This document shows, piece by piece, positions 48,449 through 60,800 of a DNA stretch of 64,000 nt. The position numbers were made by a program, and so were the translations under genes. Every line of letters begins with the position of its first letter. Within the stretch, counting starts at the first letter, position 1. The notes under the pieces were generated by a model, which was not told the DNA's origin, made no database searches, and saw only the letters and a list, made by a program, of their open reading frames with translations. The DNA comes from Botryllus schlosseri (lineage: Eukaryota): assembly GCA_051294905.1 (NCBI GenBank), contig CM119371.1, forward strand, positions 34,968,001 through 35,032,000. The letters run 5' to 3'.

Positions 48449-49701
48449 ATGTCCGAAGAACTCGTTAACGTTCTTAAGGAACAGTTAGAACAGCAGCGTA
48501 AAGAGATGGACGAGCAGAGGGCACATAACGAACAGCAGATGAAAGCATGGATGGAGACACTGCGTCAAATATCTTCTCAGGCGGTCTCCACTGCGCCGGT
48601 CAGCAATAATGTGTCAGTTCAGCCATTTGCTCCATTTGACTCCACAACAGAACTCTGGACCGATTATTGGGAACGATTCAGCACATTCGTGAGCGCAAAC
48701 TCTGTGCCGAATGATAAAGTGGCCCATGTATTCTTAACGAATCAAAGTCCAGTGGTCTACAAGATGTTGCAGAACATAGCTGCGCAGCAGGCCGATCCTA
48801 AGAAGATTAATGATCTTTCCATTGAAGAAATTAACGCTTTTATGAAAGAGCACTATGATCCGAAGCAATTTGTGATTAGAGAACGCTACAAATTTTGGAG
48901 CGATATGAAGCGCAAACCTGGTGAAACCATACCAGAATTAGCTGCTCGTATCAGGCAAGACGCGATCACATGTGACTTTTCTTCAATTAAAAATCCGTTG
49001 GACGAAGCGATGTCCACGCGATTTATGTGTTCGGTGGGAAATGAAGCTGTTCTAAAGGCAGTATTTAAACTGAAAAGCGATTCTTTGAACTTCGAGACTG
49101 TTGTCAAAACAGCAACTGATACGGAAGATGCCGCCAAGGTAGCAAAAGAAACCGTTTATGGTGCAAAATCCGAAATCCCGTTTCAAACTAACGTGGTAAA
49201 GTCTTCTTATACAAAGAAAAGTAAAGGAGACGCCCAGAACTCCAAGAGTCGAGTTGCTGGATATGAGGGGGAAGGAAGAAACCTCTCTGAAAGGGCGTGT
49301 TTTCGATGTGACAAGTGCGGACACTCTCCTGATGAATGCAAATATGTAGATGCTGTCTGTCATTACTGCGACAAAAGATGTCATATTCAACCAGCATGTC
49401 GTATCAAAAAGAAAGATAGGTTGACGGAGAAAGGTGTTCGAAAGAACCGTCGCGTTAAAAGTGTTAAACATACGCGATCGTATCCAGAAATCGAAATCGA
49501 CGTGCAAATCAATGAAGACATCCAGTCGTTTGAGTTGGATACTGGCGCGAGAGAAAATTTCATGACCAAAGACAGATGGATCGATCTGGGAAGACCTGCT
49601 ATGCAAAAGGTGAATGCTGAATTCGAATCTGCATCCTTGCATAAACTGAACACTCTAGGTACATTCACACCTAAGAATGTGTCACTGACAGATGTGAACA
49701 A
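48449..49701 (+). CDS. gag: Gypsy gag (two CCHC knuckles) plus protease N-half
   Basis: CFRCDKCGHSPDEC and CHYCDKRCHIQPAC knuckles; FELDTGA protease motif; cut by the insertion at 49702. Confidence 0.9.
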
Positions 49702-52049
49702 TGTGCAACTTTGCATTTATTCATAGGTTAAATACCGTAATAAATGATCAAACTGAAATACAAAAGAACAGTTGCATCGACTAGCCTAATCCCTATTGCT
49801 CCAACAACTCACAAGACGTGGGTGCTAATATATACATGCACGCACGTCGCACAATCACAACAACGAGAAGACGAGATCGCTCATGCGTTTAGGGAAACTA
49901 TTAGGGAGAGAGATAGTAGTAAGAGATAATCACACATCCCCCCCAACTCCTAACAAAATCAACGAGCATTGAGTGAGGAGTTCAAAATACAGCGTGTAGA
50001 GAACGTCCAACCAAATACTCTAATGGCGATCGAAGCGGGAATCAACATAAAATTTGTGCCCCAATAACGTAGTCCTTGTGCCATAGTGGCGGAGTAACAT
50101 TTCTGCCAGAGCGCTGGCGTCTATCATTAGACGGTGCGGCAACACTAGTGTCGTCGATCGGTACTTCAACTGGTAGATGATCTTCTGCACTCGATTCGGC
50201 GGATCTCGGCACGCCAGGGTCTACCTCATGTGACTGTCCACTTCGAGCGGGTGGCAAAACGACTTGAGGTGACGTAGCTGTGCCGGGAGACGAGACCGTT
50301 GGCTGAAAATATGTGCGCTCTTGGTTCGGGAAGTACGGCTCAATCTTGCGTAGAAATTTCCTGTTACGCAGCGTCAATCTGCCGGAACCGTCCACTTTCA
50401 CGAGGTACTGGTCATGGTCCCGGCACTGAACCACAGTGCCGGTTCTGTCCCAGCGAAGGGGATAACGACCGTTTTGGTTTTGAATGCGACAGACATCACC
50501 TTCAAGAAGCGGTGATAATGGCTTAGTGTTCAATGACAGAGATTCCATCTGCTTCGCAAATCTGGTACGTAACGTGTGCTCGCGACTCTGCCAGAGGTTC
50601 CTCCATAATGGCCTGATGTTGCGCTGGGTGAAAACTGGGACCCATGCTTTGATCGGCAACGCGTCTTTCAAAGTCCTGCCAAATACTATTTCTGCAGGGG
50701 AGAGTCCATTCGCGGGGTCGGGGCAATTGCGAAACTGTAGCAATGCTCGAGTAATTGCATCGGTCCGGATGCGGCCATCCTGCGAAATGTTGCCGAGAAG
50801 GAGTCGTTTCATCGATTTCACCGCGGCTTCCGCGCGGCCATTTGACCTTGAGTGGTAGGCCGACGACAGCCTGTGACGTACCCCCCATTTTCGAAAAAAT
50901 TCCCGAGTGCTGTGCGCAGCAAATTCGGGTCCCCCATCACTGCTAAGTTCTTCGGCCACTCCAAACGTGCCGAAGTAACTTCGTAATGCATCTTGGAGTC
51001 CGAGGGCTCCAGACGTTTGCCCACCGTGCTTCACATGGAATATCTCTGGCCAGTTGCTGAAGCGGTCAACAACGACTAAATAGTGGTGGCCTGCGGCGGT
51101 GCAATAATCAGCGGCAACAGCTTGGAAAGGGTAGGTCGGTATGAATGGCTCGGCCGGAGGCATGTATGCTTGACTCGGTGCCATTTTACTGCAGTTGCCA
51201 CAACGTGCTCGTGTACGTGCTATACACTCAGTCATCCCAGGCCAAAATACTGTGGCCTGTGCCCTCTGTGACATGGCAGCAGTCCCTTGGTGTGCCGAGT
51301 GTAAGATTTCACAGATAACCCCTCGCAATGGCGGGGGAACGACAATCCGGTCATTATACATGACAACATCGTCTACGATCGAAAGGTTGTCGCGGTACCG
51401 CCAATATGATTGTAGTTGAAAAGGCAATTTGTCCGATTTGTCTGGGAATCCTGAGATGATGTGAGTTTTTAACTCACTGAGGACAGGATCATATGCAGTA
51501 CTGCGCTTTACATCGTCCCAGGAGACAACTTCAATGGCATTCAATGATGCGCGGGAGGCGGCCACGATGCTGATTTCAATCAGATTGGTGTCCTCATGGG
51601 CAGCCACGATACTGTCGCAGTGGTCCAATGGCATGTCATCCACTGGAGTCGAGGGAGCAGGGTGCCTGGAGAATGCATCAGATGCAGGAATGAGTTTGCC
51701 AGGAACATGGACGACACGGAAGCGCCATGACAATGTGCGCTGCTTCAGACGAAAAATCCTTGTGTTAGTAATTTCATCAAGGGAGCGGTCCCTTGGTTGT
51801 ATTAAGTTTGATCATGTGCAACTTTGCATTTATTCATAGGTTAAATACCGTAATAAATGATCAAACTGAAATACAAAAGAACAGTTGCATCGATTAGCCT
51901 AATCCCTATTGCTCCAACAACTCACAAGACGTGGGTGCTAATATATACATGCACGCACGTCGCACAATCACAACAACGAGAAGACGAGATCGCTCATGCG
52001 TTTAGGGAAACTATTAGGGAGAGAGATAGTAGTAAGAGATAATCACACA
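49702..52049 (-). mobile_element. Integrase-only Gypsy-type LTR element nested antisense
   Basis: 235-bp LTRs 49702-49936 and 51815-52049 (1 mismatch), 5-bp TSD AACAA, PPT (minus strand AGTTGGGGGGGA) at 49937-48; no gag, PR or RT. Confidence 0.93.
50042..51790 (-). CDS. RNase H C-terminal tail plus intact integrase
   Basis: DRSLDEITNTRIFRLKQRTLSWRF..HVPGK..SDAFSR; zinc finger HSAHQG..CGNC; DDE motifs AADYC, SSDGGPEF, SNGRAEAAVK. The supplied ORF 50042-51733 is 563 aa. Confidence 0.9.
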   Translation of the reverse strand, partial: DRSLDEITNTRIFRLKQRTLSWRFRVVHVPGKLIPASDAFSRHPAPSTPVDDMPLDHCDSIVAAHEDTNLIEISIVAASRASLNAIEVVSWDDVKRSTAYDPVLSELKTHIISGFPDKSDKLPFQLQSYWRYRDNLSIVDDVVMYNDRIVVPPPLRGVICEILHSAHQGTAAMSQRAQATVFWPGMTECIARTRARCGNCSKMAPSQAYMPPAEPFIPTYPFQAVAADYCTAAGHHYLVVVDRFSNWPEIFHVKHGGQTSGALGLQDALRSYFGTFGVAEELSSDGGPEFAAHSTREFFRKWGVRHRLSSAYHSRSNGRAEAAVKSMKRLLLGNISQDGRIRTDAITRALLQFRNCPDPANGLSPAEIVFGRTLKDALPIKAWVPVFTQRNIRPLWRNLWQSREHTLRTRFAKQMESLSLNTKPLSPLLEGDVCRIQNQNGRYPLRWDRTGTVVQCRDHDQYLVKVDGSGRLTLRNRKFLRKIEPYFPNQERTYFQPTVSSPGTATSPQVVLPPARSGQSHEVDPGVPRSAESSAEDHLPVEVPIDDTSVAAPSNDRRQRSGRNVTPPLWHKDYVIGAQILC

Positions 52050-52054
52050 AACAA

Positions 52055-55014
52055 TCGGTCAGAAATATCCGATTTCTCATTTATAGTTACCGATATACCG
52101 AATTTGAACTTGATAGGCCGTAGTGGAATATTGAAGTTGGGAATTTCAATTGATGCGCTGCTATACGGTAACAGCGTTGTAAAATCACTTTCCAATGTTG
52201 ATTTTTCGGAATTGGCCAAACGCTGTGAGGATATCAGTAACGAATTCCCAGAACTTTTCAAATCTCAATTGGGTTGTTTAAAGGATGTTAAGTTAGACAT
52301 TCGATTTAAAAATGATGCGAAACCTATTTTCTGTAAATATCGCCCAGTACCGTTTGCTATCCGTGATGAGTTATCCCAAGCGTATGATGTAGGGATAGCC
52401 AAAGGTGTGTGGCAACCTGTCGATTTTAATGATTATGGTACGCCTGTTATTCCAATTCGTAAACGATCGCTCCCTGGTAGTAAATCGGGAAAGATTCGTG
52501 TGTACGGCGATTATTCTGTTACAGTTAATTCGCAACTTGAAACGCATAGACAACCTATTCCACTCGCGGAAGAGCTCATGCAGAAATTGGGCGGTGGTTA
52601 TGGTTTTACGAAGATTGACTTGGCTGATGCCGATAACCAAGTTCAACTGAGTGAAGAGAGTCAAAAGAGACTTGCTCTCAGCACGCATCGTGGTGTCTTG
52701 CTGCAAATGAGGTTACCGTTCGGAATCTCTTCAGCACCAGGTTATTTCACTGAAATCATGAATCAGCTGACTGCCGACTTGAAAGGTGTAGCTGTTTACC
52801 TGGATGACATTTTGGTCAGCGGCGTCGACGCCGCCGATCACATGAATAATCTCCGTGCGTTATTGAAGAGACTTCAAGATAAAGGTCTCCGATGCCGAAG
52901 AGAAAAGTGCACATTCGCACAACCGTCAGTCGAATACCTAGGTCACAAATTATCAAGTGCCGGTATTTCCAAAGGTTCGAAAGTGGAGGCAGTGTTGAAA
53001 ATGCCTGCTCCATCTAACGTTTCTGGTCTCAAATCATTTCTGGGCCAAGTACAATTCTACAGTAAATTTTTACCCAATCTGTCAGCGGTGACAGAACCGT
53101 TACACCGTCTTACAAGAAAGGGAATCCCGTGGTTCTGGGGTAAAGATGAGCAAGATTCATTCGAAGAATTGAAGAAAATGCTATGTGCAGATTTGCTCCT
53201 GGTTCACTTTGATCCAACAAAGAAGTTAGGATTATCATGTGACGCTTCGGAAGTAGGAATTGGTTGCGTACTTTTTCACCGTTCTGAAGATGGTTCTGAG
53301 AAGCCAATTTCCTACATGTCCAAAACGTTGACGGAAACTCAACGAAAGTATAGTCAGATTCACAAAGAAGCTTTGGCTATCATTTTTGCTCTCCAGAAGT
53401 ATCATCAATACTTGTATGGAAGAAAGTTTATATTGGTTACTGACCATAAACCTCGCTACTGGCATTGTTTGGACCAAGCAAAGCGATACCGGCCCTCGCA
53501 GCAAATCGTCTGGCAAGATGGGCACTGACTTTGAACCAATACGATTACGATATTGAATATCGTAATACAAAGCAACACGGTAATGCTGATGCATTGAGTC
53601 GACTCCCGTTCAGTCATGACTCCGTATTTGATAAAGGGGAGGAAGAGGACAATATGAACATTGTTAGCACAGTACGCACTGTGAGCCAACAGATTAATCC
53701 TTCTGATCCTGGTATATTGGCAAAAGAATCCAGCAAAGATCCTGTCATTTCTGCTGTGATGAGACACACCAGAGTGGGCTGGCCAGAAAATGTTGTCAGC
53801 ACCAAAGATCAAGGATATTCGGTTGAAGATTTTCGTAAGATATCCACATGTTTATCTGTTGAAAACGGATGTTTGTTTTCTGGAGCGAGAATCGTAATTC
53901 CCTCGAGTCTGCAAAGAAAGGTGTTGGATATTCTTCATTTGGGACATTTTGGAATGCAACGCATGAAGCAACTTGCTGGTAGTGCTGTGTATTGGCCGCG
54001 AATGGACAATGATATTGTAGACACGTGTCACAGATGTGTTTCATGCTGTGAAAATCAGAACGCTCCTAAGGAGGCAAGCATCCATCCTTGGATGTTACCT
54101 GAGAAGCCGTGGATGAGAGTTCATGTCGACCATGCAATCGAATTCATGGGAACCAATTGGCTCGTATTAACGGACTCGTATTCCAAATATCCATGCATCC
54201 ACCCGACCAATTCCGTTTCAAGCAAGGAAACGATCGGATTACTTGAACAGGACTTTGCACATTTTGGATATCCGTTTACCATTGTGTCCGATAATGCAAG
54301 TACGTTCAAGTCTCAGAAATGGTGTAAAGAAAGAGGAATTATCCACCTTTCGGGTGCACCGTATCACCCATCTACGAATGGCGCCGCAGAAAAGCTGGTT
54401 GACTCATTCAAACGCGCACTACGCAAATCAAGCTTGCCGGCCAAGGCCGCATTACAGGAATTCCTCATGTTGTACAGGAGAACACCGCTTGCAAGTGGAT
54501 TATCTCCGAGTCAGCTCCTCAATGGCAGACAAATTCGAACAATGATTGATACGCTACTGCCATCTCCAGCTCATGCAGCTCAAGGCAAGCAAGTGAGAGA
54601 AGTTGAGAAGCAAGTAAAGGCTTCAGTCAATCGATTCACGATTGGCACACCTTGTTATGCTCTGTATTATGGGCCGAAGAAGAATAAAAAGCCCAAATGG
54701 GTACCTGCGACAGTTACCAAGGAATTTGGTTCTCGCAGCGTCGCGTCAATGTTATGGTTCATCCGCGTGGTCCTACGTGGAGAAGAAACATTGATCAACT
54801 TCGACCAAGGTATGGAATTGAAGAAGACAGCGAGCCTGGCATCACACCTGATGTATCTGCTTTTAATTATCAAAGGGTAGTAAGCCCTCCGAGAAACAAT
54901 ATCGTGGCAATGCGTCATGCCTCACCGGAAGTCCATGAATTACCGGAATATGGACCTCATAACCCGAGACGCTCCAAACGAACTCGTAAACCGAGAGTTA
55001 TTCTTGATTTGTAA
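52055..55014 (+). pseudogene. pol: Gypsy pol (PR C-half, RT, RNase H, integrase) with two frameshifts
   Basis: LIGR, KIDLADA, YLDD, CDAS, EALA, TDHKP, HLGHFG..C..C, VHVDHA, VSDNA, NGAAE. Frameshifts at 53451-55 and at the GCGTC duplication 54738-47. Confidence 0.9.
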
Positions 55015-55639
55015 TAACTCTCAAGTTAGAAGGGAGGTGTTGTGGAATTGCTTTGCGTTTTTCAATGATGACTCATGCTCGTTGATTGTTTTCCTGTGTT
55101 CCTACCGTCGTTAGTATTTCGTGTGTCGTAGTTCTGTTAAGTTTTGGTCGTGAATAAACGTGGTCGTACTTGTGCTGCATCGGTATAGCCTTCTTCGGTA
55201 TATGATCAAGAAATAGTTTAAGAGGAACACAACAACAATGGCGAACTGAAGTGCGTGCATTTTACGATATTGCGACCATACTAATCTAACATTTAATTTT
55301 CGAGCGTAAAACTGACCTGGCGAACTGGATGTTGAAAAAACCCAGATTTCAAGGATAAAAACCCAGAAACCCAGGTGATGCTAAAAAAACCCAGATCTGG
55401 GTGGAAAAACCCAGGAGTGGCATCTCTGAGAGTGAAGTTATCTCACAAAATTCCATCACACAAATCGAAGGGTACCTACTAAATGTGACATGTAACAACA
55501 TGAACGGTTGTATCACCGTACTGATGAAACAATGACGTATCCGGATATGGTATCCGGATTTGGACACTGACACATGATAAAACGTATATAGAACTCTGTC
55601 CATACCAAATTTTATGCCGATTTGTCGCAGAAAACGTGT

Positions 55640-57312
55640 CCAAAACAGACAACTATGATTTATCGCAGGTATCATTTCAATCAAATACAATACGCAAGAC
55701 GATGATACCATTTCAATTATCGCTACCGCATCAAAACGCAGAAACGGTCTGTAGTCGAAACTTGTCCCAAATTATAATGGAACCGAATTTCAGCGAATTC
55801 TACCGTCAAGTTCGAGTCGAATTTCATCACTACTTTTAAGAGACATTGCGCGAGTATCATCACCTAACCAATATTTGTCGAAAAATAGCACATGGCCGTC
55901 TGATTTAAGATGTCACCATTTCAATTCTCGATACGGCATCAAAATGTAGACACGTTCACGAGTCGAAGCTTGTCCTGAAGCATGTTCGAACTAAGTTTCA
56001 TCGAATTTTACCGTCTTGTTCCGGTTGAAATTAGAAAGTAGTTTCAAAAGAATCCGTGCGATTATCACCTGGCCAACGTCTTTCGCAAAATTACACGTAT
56101 AGCTCTCGGATTAAAGACGCCGATATTTCAATCATAGACAAGTGCTCCACTTTTAACCACGTTCAGGAGTCGAGTCTTGTCCCAAAGCATAATCGAACCG
56201 AGTTTTAGCCAATTCTATCGTCTAGTTCGAGTCGAATTTCATCTCTACTTTTCAGAGAAATTGCGCGAGTATCATCACTCCGCCAATGTTTGTCGAAAAA
56301 TAGCACGTGGCCGTCTGATTTAAGATGTCACCATTTCAATTCTCGATACGGCATCAAGATGTAGACACGTTCACGAGTCGAAGCTTGTCCTGAAGCATAT
56401 TCGAACTAATTTTCATCGAATTTTACCGTCTTGTTCCGGTTAAAATTAGAGTGTAGTTTCAAAAGAATCCGTGCGATTATCACCTTGCCAGTTGCCAACG
56501 TCTTTCGCAAAATTACACGTATAGCTCTCGGATTAAAGACGCCGATATTTCAATCATAGACAAGTGCTCCACTTTTAACCACGTTCAGGAGTCGAGGCTT
56601 GTCCCAAAGCATAATCGAACCGAGTTTTAGCCAATTCTATCGTCTAGTTGGAGTCGAATTTTATCTCTACTTTTTAGAGAAATTGCGCGAGTATCATCAC
56701 CTGGCCAACGTCTTTCGCAAAATTACACGTATAGCTCTCGGATTAAAGACGCCGATATTTCTATCATAGACAAGTGCTCCACTTTTAACCACGTTCAGGA
56801 GTCGAGGCTTGTCCCAAAGCACAATCGAACCGAGTTTTAAACAATTCTACCGTCTAGTTCGAGTCGAATTTCATCTCTACTTTTCGGAGAAATTGCGCGA
56901 GTATCATCACTCCGCCAATGTTTGTCGAAAAATAGCACATGGCCGTCTGATTTAAGATGTCACCATTTCAATTATCGATACGGCATCAAAACGAAGACAC
57001 GTTCACCAGTCGAAGCTTGTCCTGAATCATGTTCGAACTAAGTTTCATCGAATTTTACCGTCTTGTTCCGGTTGAAATTAAAGTGTAGTTTCAAAAGAAT
57101 CCGTGCGATTATCACCTGGCCTACGTCTTTCGCAAAATTACATTTATAGCTCCAGGATAAAAGACGCCGATATTTCTATCATAGACAAGTGCTCCACTTT
57201 TAACGACGTTCAGGAGTCGAGGATTGTCCCAAGGCATAATCGAACCGAGTTTTAGCCAATTCTACCGTCTAGTTCGAGTCGAATTTCATCTCTACTTTTC
57301 AGAAAAATTGCG
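55640..57312 (-). repeat. 210/420-bp satellite, left block (diverged dimeric units, opposite orientation)
   Basis: Two alternating diverged ~210-bp monomer types; reverse complement of the right block; most degenerate at the left edge. Confidence 0.92.
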
Positions 57313-57819
57313 GATCATGCACTAATTATCCTCTGGTCATCGCAGTAGAACAGATTCGAAGGGCTCTGGATGGATTGAATCTTTTTAAGATATATTACTG
57401 GCACCAGGAAGTATGCAGGCAATCCAGAGTCCATAATAGATCTGATGAGTGAACGGTAGACACACAAAAGAGTCTTCTAGCTGGCTCCCCAACTCGCGCC
57501 AATTGTCTAGGATAGAAATATCAGCGTATTTTATCGGAGAGCTACACGCGTAATATTCCAAAAGACATTGTTTGTCTATAAACAATTATGAACATTTGAG
57601 TCACTTGCGGCCCGCACAATAATCTTTGTAAGGTCTTTCCGCCTTTTTTACGTCCTTTTTTGGTATTTGATAATGACATCGTTCTGGAGTTCGGCTCTCT
57701 CTTCCTCTGGGATTTTCAAGGCGATGTATTTACAGCGGTATCGGCGACAAGGTGCCCAGAAAAACATCCGACACATAGAAACATGGCGGGGCCAAGACTC
57801 GAACCAGCAACAATTTCAT

Positions 57820-60800
57820 ATCCAAGTAGACCCGAATTTTGACCTGAAAAAGACGGTAGAATTTGACTAAACTTAATTCTATTATGCTTCGGGACAAGCC
57901 TCGACTCCTGAATGTGATTAAAAGTGGAGCACTTGTCTATGATAGAAATATCGGCGTCTTTAATCCGAGAGCTATACGTGTAATTTTGCGAAAGACGTTG
58001 GCCAGGTGATAATCGCACGGATTCTTTTGAAACTACACTCTAATTTCAACCGGAACAAGACGGTAGAATTCGATGAAACTTAGTTCGAATATGATTCAGG
58101 ACAAGCTTCGACTCGTGTACGTGTCTACGTTTTGATGCCGTATCGATAATTTAAATGGTGACATCTTAAATCAGACGGCCATGTGTTAATTTTCGACAAA
58201 AATTGGCGGAGTGATGATACTCGCGCAATTTCTCTGAAAAGTAGAGATGAAATTCGACTCGAACTAGACGGTAGAATTGGCTAAAACTCGGTTCGATTAT
58301 GCTTTGGGACAAGACTCGACTCCTGTACGTGGTTAAAAGTGGAGCACTTGTCTATAATAGAAATATCGGCGTCTTTAATCCGAGAGCTATACGTGTAATT
58401 TTGCGAAAGACGTTGGTCAGGTGATGATACTCGCGCAATTTCTCTGAAAAGTAGAGATGAAATTCGACTCGAACTAGACGGTAGAATTGGCTAAAATTAG
58501 GTTCGATTATGCTTTTGGACAAGACTCGACTCCTGTACGTGGTTAAAAGTGGAGCACTTGTATATAATAGAAATATCGGCGTCTTTAATCCGAGAGCTAT
58601 ACGTGTAATTTTGCGAAAGACGTTGGCCAGGTAATGATACTCGCGCTATTTCTCTGAAAAGTAGAGATGAAATTCGACTCGAACTAGACGGTAGAATTGG
58701 CTAAAACTCGGTTCGATTATGCTTTGGGACAAGCCTCGACTCCTGTACGTGGTTAAAAGTGTAGCACTTGTCTATAATAGAAATATCGGCGTCTTTAATC
58801 CGAGAGCTATACGTGTAGTTTTGCGAAAGACGTTGGTCAGGTGATGATACTCGCGCAATTTCTCTGAAAAGTAGAGATGAAATTCGACTCGAACTAGACG
58901 GTAGAATTGGCTAAAATTAGGTTCGAATATGCTTTGGGACAAGACTCGACTCCTGTACGTGGTTAAAAGTGGAGCACTTGTATATAATAGAAATATCGGC
59001 GTCTTTAATCCGAGAGCTATACGTGTAATTTTGCGAAAGACGTTGGCCAGGTAATGATACTCGCGCTATTTCTCTGAAAAGTAGAGATGAAATTCGACTC
59101 GAACTAGACGGTAGAATTGGCTAAAACTCGGTACGATTATGCTTTGGGACAAGCCTCGACTTCTGTACGTGGTTAAAAGTGGAGCACTTGTCTATAATAG
59201 AAATATCGGCGTCTTTAATCCGAGAGCTATACGTGTAATTTTGCGAAAGACGTTGGCCAGGTGATGATACTCGCGCTATTTCTCTGAAAAGTAGAGATGA
59301 AATTCGACTCGAACTAGACGGTAGAATTGGCTAAAACTCGGTTCGATTATGCTTTGGGACAAGCCTCGACTCCTTCACGTGGTTAAAAGTGGAGCACTTG
59401 TCAATAATAGAAATATCGGCGTCTTTAATCCGAGAGCTATACGTGTAATTTTGCGAAAGACGTTGGCCAGGTGATGATACTCGCGCAATTTCTCTGAAAA
59501 GTAGAGATGAAATTCGACTCGAACTAGACGGTAGAATTGGCTAAAACTAGGTTCGAGTATGCTTTGGGACAAGACTCGACTCCTGTACGTGGTTAAAAGT
59601 GGAGCACTTGTCTATAATTGAAATATCGGCGTCTTTAATCCGAGAGCTATACGTGTAATTTTGCGAAAGGCGTTGGTCAGGTGATGATACTCGCGCAATT
59701 TCTCTGAAAAGTAGAGATGAAATTCGACTCGAACTAGACGGTAGAATTGGCTAAAACTAGGTTCGATTATGCTTTGGGACAAGACTCGACTCCTGTACGT
59801 GGTTAAAAGTGGAGCACTTGTATATAATAGAAATATCGGCGTCTTTAATCGGAGAGCTATACGTGTAATTTTGCGAAAGACGTTGGCCAGGTGATGATAC
59901 TCGCGCTATTTCTCTGAAAAGTAGAGATGAAATTCGACTCGAACTAGACGGTAGAATTGGCTAAAACTCGGTTCGATTATGCTTTGGGACAAGCCTCGAC
60001 TCCTGTACGTGGTTATAAGTGGAGCACTTGTCTATAATAGAAATATCGGCGTCTTTAATCCGAGAGCTATACGTGTAATTTTGCGAAAGACGTTGGCCAG
60101 GTGATGATACTCGCGCTATTTCTCTGAAAAGTAGAGATGGAATTCGACTAGAACTAGACGGTAGAATTGGCTAAAACTAGGTTCGATTATGCTTTGGGAC
60201 AAGCCTCGACTCCTGAACGTGGTTAAAAGTGGAGCACTTGTCTATGATAGAAATATCGGCGTCTTTAATCCGAGAGCTATACGTGTAACTTTGCGAAAGA
60301 CGTTGGCCAGGTGATGATACTCGCGCAATTTCTATGAAAAGTAGAGATGAAATTCGACTCGAACTAGACGTTAGAATTGGCTAAAACTCGGTTCGGTTAT
60401 GCTTTGGGACAAGCCTCGACTCCTGAACGTGGTTAAAAGTGGAGCACTTGTATATGATAGAAATATCGGCGTCTTTAATCCGAGAGCTATACGTGTAACT
60501 TTGCGAAAGACGTTGGCCAGGTGATGATACTCGCGCAATTTCTCTGAAAAGTAGAGATGAAAATCGACTCGAACTAGACGGTAGAATTGGCTAAACTCGG
60601 TTCGGTTATGCTTTGGGACAAGCCTCGACTCCTGAACGTGGTTAAAAGTGGAGCACTTGTCTATGATAGAAATATCGGCGTCTTTAATCCGAGAGCTATA
60701 CGTGTAACTTTGCGAAAGACGTTGGCCAGGTGATGATACTCGCGCAATTTCTCTGAAAAATAGAGATGAAATTCGACTCGAACTAGACGGTAGAATTGGC

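Larger units (their letters stand above)
48110..55234 (+). mobile_element. Ty3/Gypsy (Mag-like) LTR retrotransposon, full length but interrupted
   Basis: 197-bp TG..CA LTRs 48110-48306 and 55038-55234 (1 mismatch), 5-bp TSD ACAAT, PBS 48316-33, PPT AGAAGGGAGG 55028-37, domain order gag-PR-RT-RH-IN. Confidence 0.96.
47187..55428. mobile_element. Possible hAT-type non-autonomous element (~1.1 kb net) split by the Gypsy insertion
   Basis: Inverted termini CAGAGATGCCACT (47187) and AGTGGCATCTCTG (to 55428), with AAAAACCCAG subterminal repeats at both ends; no clean TSD. Confidence 0.45.
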
